Source of the DNA: Eledone cirrhosa
Lineage: Eukaryota
NCBI GenBank assembly: GCA_964016885.1
Contig: OZ024747.1
Coordinates: forward strand, 70,246,001-70,310,000
Length of the DNA: 64,000 nucleotides
Reading direction: 5' to 3'
In this document: positions 36,551 through 50,802 of the stretch, one piece after another
How positions within the stretch are numbered: position 1 is the first letter of the stretch
Layout of the letters: every line of letters starts with the position of its first letter
Translations under genes and position numbers: made by a program
The notes under the pieces: model-generated
Told to the model about the DNA's origin: nothing
Databases searched by the model: none
What the model saw: the letters and a program-made list of their open reading frames with translations, nothing else

Positions 36551-39500
36551 TAACATCACTACCACTATCACCACTATCAGCACTATCAACATTATTAACA
36601 TCACTACCACTATCACCACTATCAGCACTATCAACATTATTAACATCACTACCACTATCACCACTATCAGCACTATCAACATTATTAACATCACTACCAC
36701 TATCACCACTATGAGCACTATAAACATTATTAAGATCACTACCACTATCACCACTATCAGCACTATCATCATTATTAACATCACTACCACTATCACCACT
36801 ATAAGCACTATCAACACTATTAACATCACTACCACTATCACCACTATCAGCACTATCAACATTATTAACATCACTACCACTATCTCCACTATCAACACTA
36901 TCAACATTATTAACATCACTACCACTATCAGCACTATCAACATTATTAACATCACTACCACTATCAACACTATCAACATTATTAACATCACTACCACTAT
37001 CTCCACTATCAACACTATCAACATTATTAACATCACTACCACTATCAACACTATCAACATTATTAACATCACTACCACTATCAACACTATCAACATTATT
37101 AACATCACTACCACTATCACCACTATCAGCACTATCAATATTAATAACATCACTACCACTATCAGCACTATCAACATTATTAACATCACTACCACTATCA
37201 ACACCATCAACATTATTAACATCACTACCACTATCACCACTATCAGCACTATCAACATTATTAACATCACTACCACTATCACCACTATCAACACTATCAA
37301 CATTATTAACATCACTACCACTATCAACACTATCAACACTTTCAACATTATTAACACCACTACCACTATCAAAACTATCAACATTATAAACATCACTACC
37401 ACTATCACCACTATCAGCACTATCAACATTATTAACATCACTACCACTATCACCACTATCAGCACTATCAACATTATTAACATCACTACCACTATCAACA
37501 CTATCAACACTTTCAACATTATTAACACCACTACCACTATCAAAACTATCAACATTATAAACATCACTACCACTATCACCACTATCAACACTATCAACAT
37601 TATTAACATCACTACCACTATCACCACTATCAACACTATCAACATTATTAACATCACTACCACTATCACCACTATCAACACTATCAACATTATTAACATC
37701 ACTACCACTATCAACACTATCAACACTATCAACATTATTAACATCACTACCACTATCACCACTATCAGCACTATCAACATTATTAACATCACTACCACTA
37801 TCACCACTATCAGCACTATCAACATTATTAACATCACTACCACTATCACCACTATCAGCACTATCAACATTATTAACATCACTACCACTATCACCACTAT
37901 CAGCACTATCAACATTATTAACATCACTACCACTATCACCACTATCAGCACTATCAACATTATTAACATCACTACCACTATCAGCACTATCAACATTATT
38001 AACATCACTACCACTATCAGCACTATCAACATTATTAACATCACTACCACTATCACCACTATCAACATTATTAACATCACTACTACTATCAACACTATCA
38101 ACATTATTAACATCACTACCACTATCACCACTATCAGCACTATCAACATTATTAACATCACTACCACTATCACCACTATCAACACTATCAACATTATTAA
38201 CATCACTACCACTATCACCACTATCAACACTATCAACATTATTAACATCACTAACACTATCAACACTATCAACATTATTAACACCACTACTACTATCAAC
38301 ACTATCAACATTATTAACATCACTACCACTATCTCCACTATCAACATTATCAACATTATTAACATCACTACCACTATCACCACTATCAACACTATCAACA
38401 TTATTAACATCACTACCACTATCTCCACTATCAACACTATCAACATTATTAACATCACTTCCACTATCACCACTATCAACACTATCAACATTATTAACAT
38501 CACTACCATTATCACCACTATCAACACTATCAACATTATTAACATCACTACCACTATCACCACTATCAGCACTATCAACATTATTAACATCACTACCACT
38601 ATCACCACTATCAGCACTATCAACATTATTAACATCACTACCACTATCACCACTATCAGCACTATCAACATTATTAAGATCACTACCACTATCACCACTA
38701 TCAGCACTATCAACATTATTAACATCACTACCACTATCACCACTATCAGCACTATCAACACTATTAACATCACTACCACTATCACCACTATCAGCACTAT
38801 CAACATTATTAACATCACTACCACTATCTCCACTATCAACACTATCAACATTATTAACATCACTACCACTATCAGCACTATCAACATTATTAATATCACT
38901 ACCACTATCAACACTATCATCATTATTAACATCACTACCACTATCAGCACTATCAATATTAATAACATCACTACCACTATCAACACTATCAACATTATTA
39001 ACATCACTACCACTATCAACACTATCAACATTATTAACATCACTACCACTATCAACACCATCAACATTATTAACATCACTACCACTATCACCACTATCAG
39101 CACTATCAACATTATTAACATCACTACCACTATCACCACTATCAACACTTTCAACATTATTAACACCACTACCACTATCAAAACTATCAACATTATTAAC
39201 ATCACTACCACTATCACCACTATCAACACTATCAACATTATTAACATCACTACCACTATCACCACTATCAACACTATCAACATTATTAACATCACTACCA
39301 CTATCACCACTATCAGCACTATCAACATTATTAACATCACTACCACTATCACCACTATGAAGATTATTAACATCACTACCACTATCACCACTATCAGCAC
39401 TATCAACATTATTAACATCACTACCACTATCACCACTATCAACATTATTAACATCACTACCACTATCACCACTTTCAGCACTATCAACATTATTAACATC

Positions 39501-42299
39501 ACTACCACTATCACCACTATCAACATTATTAACACCACTACCACTATCACCACTATCAGCACTATCAACATTATTAACATCACTACCACTATCAACACTA
39601 TCAACATTATTAACATCACTACCACTATCAACACTATCAGCACTATCAACATTATTAACATCACTACCACTATCACCACTATCAACACTATCAACATTAT
39701 TAACACCACTACCACTATCAACACTGTCAACATTATTAACACCACTACCACTATCACCATTATCAACATTATTAACATCACTACCACTATCTCCACTATC
39801 AACATTATTAACACCACTACCACTATCAACACTGTCAACATTATTAACACCACTACCACTATCACCATTATCAACATTATTAACATCACTACCACTATCA
39901 ACACTATCAACATTATTAACATCACTACCACTATCTCCACTATCAGCACTATCAACATTATTAACATCACTACCACTATCAGCACTATCAGCACTATCAA
40001 CATTATTAACATCACTACCACTATCAGCACTATCAGCACTATCAACATTATTAACATCACTACCACTATCAGCACTATCAACATTATTAACATCACTACC
40101 ACTATCTCCACTATCAGCACTATCAACATTATTAACATCACTACCACTATCAACACTATCAGCACTATCAACATTATTAACATCACTAACACTATCAGCA
40201 CTATCAACATTATTAACATCACTACCACTATCAACACTATCAGCACTATCAACATTATTAACATCACTACCACTATCAGCACTATCAACATTATTAACAT
40301 CACTACCACTATCTCCACTATCAGCACTATCAACATTATTAACATCACAACCACTATCAGCACTATCAACATTATTAACATCACTACCACTATCAACACT
40401 ATCAACATTATTAACATCACTACCACTATCACCACTATCAGCACTATAAACATTATTAACATCACTACCACTATCACCACTATCAACATTATTAACATCA
40501 CTACCACTATCAACACTATCAACATTATTAACATCACTACCACTATCAGCACTATCAACATTATTAACATCACTACCACTATCAACACTATCAACATTAT
40601 TAACATCACTACCACTATCACCACTATCAGCACTATCAACATTATTAACATCACAACCACTATCAGCACTATCAATATTATTAACATCACTACCACTATC
40701 AACACTATCAACATTATTAACATCACTACCACTATCACCACTATCAGCACTATCAACATTATTAACATCACTACCACTATCACCACTATCAACATTATTA
40801 ACATCACTACCACTATCACCACTATCAGCACTATCAACATTATTAACACCACTACCACTATCACCACTATAAGCACTATCAACATTATTAACATCACTAC
40901 CACTATCAGCACTATCAATATTATTAACATCACTACCACTATCACCACTATCAGCACTATCAACATTATTAACACCACTACCACTATCACCACTATCACC
41001 ACTATCAACACTATCAACATTATTAACACCACTACCACTATCACCACTATCAACACTATCAACATTATTAACATCACTACCACTATCAGCACTATCAATA
41101 TTATTAACATCACTACCACTATCACCACTATTAGCACTATCAACATTATTAACACCACTACCACTATCACCACTATCACCACTATCAACACTATCAACAT
41201 TATTAACACCACTACCACTATCACCACTATCAACACTATCAACATTATTAACACCACTACCACTATCACCACTATCAACACTATCAACATTATTAACATC
41301 ACTACCACTATCAGCACTATCAATATTATTAACATCACTACCACTATCACCACTATCAGCACTATCAACATTATTAACACCACTACCACTATCACCACTA
41401 TCACCACTATCAACACTATCAACATTATTAACATCACTACCACTATCACCACTATCAGCACTATCAACATTATTAACACCACTACCACTATCACCACTAT
41501 AAGCACTATCAACATTATTAACATCACTACCACTATCAGCACTATCAATATTATTAACATCACTACCACTATCACCACTATCAGCACTATCAACATTATT
41601 AACACCACTACCACTATCACCACTATCACCACTATCAACACTATCAACATTATTAACACCACTACCACTATCACCACTATCAACACTATCAACATTATTA
41701 ACACCACTACCACTATCACCACTATCAGCACTATCAACATTATTAACACCACTACCACTATCACCACTATCAACACTATCAACATTATTAACATCACTAC
41801 CACTATCACCACTATCACCACTATCAACACTATCTACATTATTAACACCACTAACACTATCTCCACTATCAGCACTATCAACATTATTAACATCACTACC
41901 ACTATCACCACTATCAGCACTATCAACATTATTAACATCACTACCACTATCACCACTATCAACACTATCAACATTATTAACACCACTACCACTATCACCA
42001 CTATCAACACTATCAACATTATTAACATCACTACCACTATCACCACTATCAACACTATCAACATTATTAACATCACTACCACTATCACCACTATCAACAC
42101 TATCAACATTATTAACATCACTACCACTATCACCACTATCAGCACTATCAACATTATTAACATCACTACCACTATCACCACTATCAACACTATCAACATT
42201 ATTAACATCACTACCACTATCACCACTATCAGCACTATCAACATTATTAACATCACTACCACTATCACCACTATCAACACTATCAACATTATTAACATC

Positions 42300-45200
42300 A
42301 CTACCACTATCAACAATATCAACATTATTAACATCACTACCACTATCACCACTATCAACACTATCAACATTATTAACATCACTACCACTATCACCACTAT
42401 CAGCACTATCAACATTATTAACATCACTACCACTATCACCACTATCAACACTATCAACATTATTAACATCACTACCACTATCAGCACTATCAACACTATC
42501 AACATTATTAACATCACTACCACTATCACCACTATCAGCACTATCAACATTATTAACATCACTACCACTATCACCACTATCAACACTATCAACATTATTA
42601 ACATCACTACCACTATCACCACTATCAGCACTATCAACATTATTAACATCACTACCACTATCACCACTATCAACACTATCAATATTATTAACATCACTAC
42701 CACTATCAGCACTATCAGCACTATCAACATTATTAACATCACTACCAATATCACCACTATCAGCACTATCAACATTATTAACATCACTACCACTATCAGC
42801 ACTATCAGCACTATCAACATTATTAACATCACTACCACTATCAGCACTATCAGCACTATCAACATTATTAACATCACTACCAATATCACCACTATCAGCA
42901 CTATCAACATTATTAACATCACTACCACTATCAACACTATCAACATTATCAACATTATTAACATCACTACCTCTATCAACACTATCAACATTATTAACAT
43001 CACTACCACTATCAGCACTATCAGCACTATCAGCATTATTAACATCACTACCACTATCAGCACTATCAGCACTATCAACATTATTAACATCACTACCACT
43101 ATCACCACTATCAGCACTATCAACATTATTAACATCACTACCACTATCAGCACTATCAGGACTATCAACATTATTAACATCACTACCACTATCACCACTA
43201 TCAGCACTATCAACATTATTAACATCACTACCACTATCACCACTATCAGCACTATCAACATTATTAACATCACTACCACTATCAGCACTATCAGCACTAT
43301 CAACATTATTAACATCACTACCAGTATCAGCACTATCAGCACTATCAACATTATTAACATCACTACCACTATCAGCACTATCAACATTATTAACATCACT
43401 ACCACTATCAGCACTATCAACATTATTAACATCACTACCACTATCAGCACTATCACCACTATCAACACTATCAACATTATTAACACCACTACCACTATCA
43501 CCACTATCACCCCTATCAACACTATCAACATTATTAACACCACTACCACTATCACCATTATCAACATTATTAACATCACTACCACTATCTCCACTATCAG
43601 CACTATCAACATTATTAACATCACTACCACTATCAGCACTATCAGCACTATCAACATTATTAACATCACTACCACTATCAGCACTATCAGCACTATCAAC
43701 ATTATTAACATCACTACCACTATCAGCACTATCAACATTATTAACATCACTACCACTATCTCCACTATCAGCACTATCAACATTATTAACATCACTACCA
43801 CTATCAGCACTATCAGCACTATCAACATTATTAACATCACTACCACTATCAGCACTATCAACATTATTAACATCACTACCACTATCAGCACTATCAACAT
43901 TATTAACATCACTACCACTATCACCACTATCAGCACTATCAGCACTATCAACATTATTAACATCACTACCACTATCAACACTATCAGCACTATCAACATT
44001 ATTAACATCACTACCACTATCAGCACTATCAACATTATTAACATCACTACCACTATCAACACTATCAGCACTATCAACATTATTAACATCACTACCACTA
44101 TCAGCACTATCAACATTATTAACATCACTACCACTATCTCCACTATCAGCACTATCAACATTATTAACATCACAACCACTATCAGCACTATCAACATTAT
44201 TAACATCACTACCACTATCACCACTATCAGCACTATAAACATTATTAACATCACTACCACTATCACCACTATCAACATTATTAACATCACAACCACTATC
44301 AGCACTATCAACATTATTAACATCACAACCACTATCAGCACTATCAACATTATTAACATCACAACCACTATCAACACTATCAACATTATTAACATCACTA
44401 CCACTATCACCACTATCAGCACTATAAACATTATTAACATCACTACCACTATCACCACTATCAACATTATTAACATCACTACCACTATCACCACTATCAG
44501 CACTATCAACATTATTAACACCACTACCACTATCACCACTATAAGCACTATCAACATTATTAACATCACTACCACTATCAGCACTATCAACATTATTAAC
44601 ATCACTACCACTATCAGCACTATCAATATTATTAACATCACTACCACTATCACCACTATCAGCACTATCAACATTATTAACACCACTACCACTATCACCA
44701 CTATCACCACTATCAACACTATCAACATTATTAACACCACTACCACTATCACCACTATCAACACTATCAACATTATTAACATCACTACCACTATCACCAC
44801 TATCAACATTATCAACATTATTAACATCACTACCACTATCACCACTATCACCACTATCAACACTATCAACATTATTAACACCACTACCACTATCACCACT
44901 ATCAACACTATCAACATTATTAACACCACTACCACTATCACCACTATCAACACTATCAACATTATTAACATCACTACAACTATCAACACTATCAACATTA
45001 TTAACATCACTACCACTATCACCACTATCAACACTATCAACATTATTAACATCACTACCATTATCACCACTATCAGCACTATCAACATTATTAACATCAC
45101 TACCACTATTACCACTATCAACACTATCAACATTATTAACATCACTACCACTATCACCACTATCAGCACTATCAACATTATCAACATCACTACCACTATT

Positions 45201-46800
45201 ACCACTATCAACACTATCAACATTATTAACATCACTACCACTATCACCACTATCAGCACTATCAACATTATCAACATCACTACTACTATCTCCACTATCA
45301 ACACTATCAACATTATTAACATCACTACCACTATCAACACTATCAACATTATTAACATCACTACCACTATCACCACTATCAACACTATCAACAATATTAA
45401 CATAACTACCACTATCACCACTATCAGCACTATCAACATTATTAACATCACTACCACTATCACCACTATCAACACTATCAACATTATTAACATCACTACC
45501 ACTATCAGCACTATCAACACTATCAACATTATTAACATCACTACCACTATCACCACTATCAGCACTATCAACATTATTAACATCACTACCACTATCACCA
45601 CTATCAACACTATCAACATTATTAACATCACTACCACTATCACCACTATCAGCACTATCAACATTATTAACATCACTACCACTATCACCACTATCAACAC
45701 TATCAACATCATTAACATCACTACCACTATCAGCACTATCAGCACTATCAACATTATTAACATCACTACCAATATCAGCACTATCAGCACTATCAACATT
45801 ATTAACATCACTACCACTATCAGCACTATCAGCACTATCAACATTATTAACATCACTACCACTATCAGCACTATCAGCACTATCAACATTATTAACATCA
45901 CTACCAATATCACCACTATCAGCACTATCAACATTATTAACATCACTACCACTATCAACACTATCAACATTATCAACATTATTAACATCACTACCTCTAT
46001 CAGCACTATCAACATTATTAACATCACTACCACTATCAGCACTATCAGCACTATCAACATTATTAACATCACTACCAATATCACCACTATCAGCACTATC
46101 AACATTATTAACATCACTACCACTAACAGCACTATCAGCACTATCAACATTATTAACATCACTACCACTATCACCACTATCAACACTATCAACATTATTA
46201 ACATCACTACCTCTATCAACACTATCAACATTATTAACATCACTACCACTATCAGCACTATCAGCACTATCAACATTATTAACATCACTACCACTATCAG
46301 CACTATCAGCACTATCAACATTATTAACATCACTACCACTATCACCACTATCAGCACTATCAACATTATTAACATCACTACCACTATCAGCACTATCAGG
46401 ACTATCAACATTATTAACATCACTACCACTATCACCACTATCAGCACTATCAACATTATTAACATCACTACCACTATCACCACTATCAGCACTATCAACA
46501 TTATTAACATCACTACCACTATCAGCACTATCAGCACTATCACCATTATTAACATCACTACCAGTATCAGCACTATCAGCACTATCAACATTATTAACAT
46601 CACTACCACTATCAGCACTATCAACATTATTAACATCACTACCACTATCAGCACTATCAGCACTATCAACATTATTAACATCACTACCACTATCAGCACT
46701 ATCAACATTATTAACATCACTACCACTATCAGCACTATCACCACTATCAACACTATCAACATTATTAACACCACTACCACTATCAGCACTATCAACATTA
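42300..46800. repeat. Older, imperfect duplication within the array (offset ~3240 bp)
   Basis: CACTATCAGG at 43151/46391; CCAGTATCAG at 43321/46561; intervening monomer order is only partly conserved. Confidence 0.75.
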
Positions 46801-49106
46801 TTAACATCACTACCACTATCAGCACTATCACCACTATCAACACTATCAACATTATTAACACCACTACCACTATCACCACTATCAACACTATCAACATTAT
46901 TAACATCACTACCACTATCACCACTATCACCCCTATCAACACTATCAACATTATTAACACCACTACCACTATCACCACTATCAACACTATCAACATTATT
47001 AACACCACTACCACTATCACCACTATCAACACTATCAACATTATTAAGATCACTACCACTATCACCACTATCAGCACTATCAACATTATTAACATCACTA
47101 CCACTATCACCACTATCAACACTATCAACATTATTAACATCACTAGCACTATCAGCACTATCAGCACTATCAACATTATTAACATCACTACCACTATCAC
47201 CACTATCAACACTATCAACATTATTAACATCACTACCACTATCAGCACTATCAGCACTATCAACATTATTAACATCACTATCACTATCACCACTATCAAC
47301 ACTATGAGCACTATCAACATTATTAACATCACTACCACTATCACCACTATCAGCACTATCAGCACTATCAACATTATTAACATCACTACCACTATCACCA
47401 CTATCAGCACTATCAGCACTATCAACATTATTAACATCACTACCACTATCAGCACTATCAGCACTATCAGCACTATCAACATTATTAACATCACTACCAC
47501 TATGACCACTATCAGCACTATCAACATTATTAACACCACTACCACTATCGCCACTATCAACACTATCAACATTATTAACATCACTACCACTATCACCACT
47601 ATCAGCACTCTCAACATTGTTAACATCACTACCACTATCACCACTATCAGCACTCTCAACATTATTAACATCACTACCACTATCACCACTATCAGCACTC
47701 TCAACATTATTAACACCACTACCACTATCAGCACTATCAACATTATTAACACCACTACCACTATCACCACTATCAGCACTATCAGCACTATCAACATTAT
47801 TAACATCACTACCACTATCACCACTATCAACATTATTAACTCCACTACCACTATCAGCACTATCAGCACTATCAACATTATTAACATCACTACCACTATC
47901 AGCACTATCAACATTATTAACACCACTACCACTATCAGCACTATCAGCACTATCAACATTATTTACATCACTACCACTATCAGCACTATCAGCACTATCA
48001 ACATTATTAACACCACTACCACTATCACCACTATCAGCACTATCAGCACTATCAACATTATTAACATCACTACCACTATCAGCACTATCAACATTATTAA
48101 CACCACTACCACTATCAGCACTATCAGCACTATCAACATTATTAACATCACTACCACTATCAGCACTATCAACATTATTAACACCACTACCACTATCAGC
48201 ACTATCAGCACTATCAACATTATTTACATCACTACCACTATCAGCACTATCAACATTATTAACACCACTACCACTATCAGCACTATCAACATTATTAACA
48301 TCACTACCACTATCAGCACTATCAGCACTATCAACATTATTAACACCACTACCACTATCAGCACTATCAGCACTATCAGCACTATCAACATTATTAACAT
48401 CACTACCACTATCAGCACTATCAGCACTATCAGCACTATCAACATTATTAACATCACTACCACTATCAGCACTATCAGCACTATCAGCACTATCAACATT
48501 ATTAACATCACTACCACTATCAGCACTATCAGCACTATCAGCACTATCAACATTATTAACATCACTACCACTATCAGCACTATCAGCACTATCAGCACTA
48601 TCAACATTATTAACACCACTACCACTATCAGCACTATCAACATTATTAACATCACTACCACTATCACCACTATCAGCACTATCAACATTATTAACATCAC
48701 TACCACTATCACCACTATCAACATTATTAACACCACTACCACTATCACCACTATCAGCACTATCAGCACTATCAACATTATTAACATCACTACCACTATC
48801 AGCATTGTCAACACTATCAACATTATTAACACCACTACCACTATCACCACTATCAGCACTATCAGCACTATCAGCACTATCAACATTATTAACATCACTA
48901 CCACTATCAGCACTGTCAGCACTATCAACATTATTAACACCACTACCACTATCACCACTATCAGCACTATCAACATTATTAACATCACTACCACTATCAC
49001 CACTATCAGCACTATCAATAGTGAAGGTGACGAGGAGGATAATGGAGACGTCTGCTGCGGTACCAGCGACGATGTGGGTTGATGATGATGTTCATAATGA
49101 TAATAA

Positions 49107-49293
49107 TTATTTATACTTTCGGCACAAAGCCAGCAATTATTCCAGTGCATTACTGGTACTTTATTGTATCAACCCTGTAAGGATGAAAGGCAAAGTTAAC
49201 CACGGCGGGATTTGAACTCAGATCATAAAGGGAATAACTATGCTTGAAAGCATGGCGTCTGACCCTCTACCGATACTGTCAATTCACCACCCT
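49107..49293 (-). mobile_element. tRNA-derived SINE, family 1, with a 3' internal deletion
   Basis: Minus strand reads GGGTGGTGAATTGACAGTATCGGTAG ... GAGTTCAAATCC (B box) ... GCCTTTCATCCTTACAGGGTTGATACAATAAAGTACCAG; similar to the copies at 49.7, 52.0 and 55.1 kb. Confidence 0.85.
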
Positions 49294-49411
49294 AAGTTAA
49301 TAATTGTTTCTAAGTTAATAATGATGATAAACATTATATTATAGATGCAGATGATTAGAGCAGTGGAGTTGGAGCAGGCCGATGTTCAAAAGTATTCTAG
49401 TTGTTACCATC

Positions 49412-49577
49412 CAGTGGTTCCCAAAACGGTTTCCGCAAAGGAGTATCTGGTGTTCCGTGAAAATAGTAGAGGAGTATATTTATATTACGACCATATAACA
49501 GTATTAGACTTTGGGGTTTCCCCAAAAGTTTCTGAATCAAAAAGGGTTCTGCGTTTGGAAAACTTTGTGAAACCCTG
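49412..49577. mobile_element. Degenerate hAT-like (Charlie/Tip100-style) non-autonomous element (MITE)
   Basis: Ends CAGTGGTTCCCAAA ... TTTGTGAAACCCTG are an 11/14 inverted match and resemble the CAG(T/G)GGTTCCCAAA termini of hAT elements; no 8-bp TSD recognisable. Confidence 0.5.
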
Positions 49578-49628
49578 GACTACACAATTGAGATATTTCC
49601 TTTTAAAAACGGTAACGTAATATTTGAT

Positions 49629-49678
49629 CTGGATTTAGCTGCTATATCAAGCAATTCGAGTGACTACGTAGAAACTCT
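49629..49678 (+). repeat. Short dispersed repeat (consensus-like GAGATTTGGCTGCTATTTCTAGCAGGTCGAGCGACCAC); further copies at ~57802-57850, ~57961-58015 and ~59776-59806
   Basis: Four diverged, same-orientation copies recognised by eye. Confidence 0.55.
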
Positions 49679-49711
49679 TATTTTTTTGGCTCACCTTTGA
49701 TAATGTATAAT

Positions 49712-49924
49712 GGTTACTGATTTAGGCACAAGGCCAACAATTTGAGAGGAGGAGTCGATTAAATCGACCCCAGTGCATTACTGGTACTTTATTTTGTCGA
49801 CCCTGTTAGGATGAAAGGCAAAGCTAACCTCGACAGGATTTGAACTCAGGTCGTAAAGGGGCGTAACCCTGTGCCATAAAGCATGGTGACCGATGCTCTA
49901 ATAACACTGCTAATCTACCGCCCT
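49712..49924 (-). mobile_element. tRNA-derived SINE, family 1, full length
   Basis: B box GAGTTCAAATCC on the minus strand, GCCTTTCATCCT core, GTCGATTTAATCGAC hairpin. 19-bp TSD ACCTTTGATAATGTATAAT (49693-49711) / ACCTATGATAATGTACAAT (49925-49943). Confidence 0.92.
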
Positions 49925-50738
49925 ACCTATGATAATGTACAATCACAGGTAAACCTTGATAGAGTAGATCTATTATTAAAAGTATTACAGTTATGTCCAC
50001 CCTGATTTTTTGGATGTTTCTACGTGTGCATTTGTCGATAATTTTTCTAAAGAAAGTAAGGTTTCATTTGAGCTATAGTTGTTATTCTTTAATCCCAGAG
50101 GAACCCGCATTTAGCAGGCCTATCTATGATCATTCATGAAACCCTCATCGTATTTTCATAGAATGTCAACGGACTATTATCGAAACTGGGACCTTCTTTT
50201 TTATACATAATAGGAATGGGTTTAAGGGATATTTGACTCTTTTATCCAGCTGGTTGAACAACCACGTTGCTCGTTGTTGTTGTTGCTGGTGTGGGTACGT
50301 GATAATGAATGTATTGGCATTGTTATTGTTTAGCTCCAGGTCATGATAAATCAAGAAGACCTATCCGTGACCATCTCGTCTTTTCCGTACGTGAAAGGAA
50401 CTCGTGATCACATCAAACGTGTTTTTTAAAGATTGTTGGGTGCAATTTGAGCAGTGGTTGAGCTGATGATGACAGTAGCCGTAGCGGTGGTAGCTGTGGC
50501 AGCGGTGGTAGTGGTGGTAGTGGTTGTAGTGGTCGCGGATTTGAAACTCAGGTGGACTTGCAATGACCTTCACCAAATTATGCCAAAAGAACCTCAGGGC
50601 TCATTGGAAAGATGCAAGTAGAGAATCGGAAAAACTGAACTTCGAATTCCGAGGTCGGTAGGTCGATGAGTAAATATTTGGTGGCGGTGTCGGGGCTAGA
50701 ATTTAGTAGTAGCATTGCTAAATGTTGGAGTGTGAGAC

Positions 50739-50742
<4 letters not shown>

Positions 50743-50793
<51 letters not shown>

Positions 50794-50802
50794 GAGAGAG
50801 AG
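50743..50802. repeat. (AG)n microsatellite followed by a purine-rich low-complexity tract to ~51,350
   Basis: Read directly. Confidence 0.95.

Larger units (their letters stand above)
1..49019. repeat. Large satellite/minisatellite array of 9-bp words; monomer CATTATTAA CATCACTAC (CACTATCA[A/C/G])1-4, mostly 36 and 45 bp; continues beyond the left edge
   Basis: Uninterrupted tandem repetition read directly; ends at ...gcactatcaata|gtgaaggtgac near 49,019. The + strand is almost G-free and has A at every third base in one register (ATC ACT ACC AAC ATT AGC). Confidence 0.98.

Noticed and set aside
1-49019. CRISPR-like array (constant word plus variable segment) or telomeric repeat
   Set aside because: The variable parts are copies of the same 9-mer rather than unique spacers; no cas genes, eukaryotic context, no TTAGGG-type unit.
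11630-49091. Absence of stop codons over 37 kb as proof of purifying selection
   Set aside because: Codons in this register (GAT, AGT, GGT, GTT, AAT, GCT and their complements) cannot become stops by one substitution, and slippage occurs in 9-bp steps, so openness is expected neutrally.
3051-49150. Giant minus-strand (MLIMLIVLIVV)n ORFs
   Set aside because: Translation of the satellite; all-hydrophobic, broken by sporadic stops and frame shifts, with no domain or terminal structure.
10804-49215. Plus-strand Thr/Ile/Asn and Leu/Ser/Thr/Pro mucin-like ORFs
   Set aside because: Start codons are point variants inside the repeat; four of six frames are open simply because of the triplet composition.
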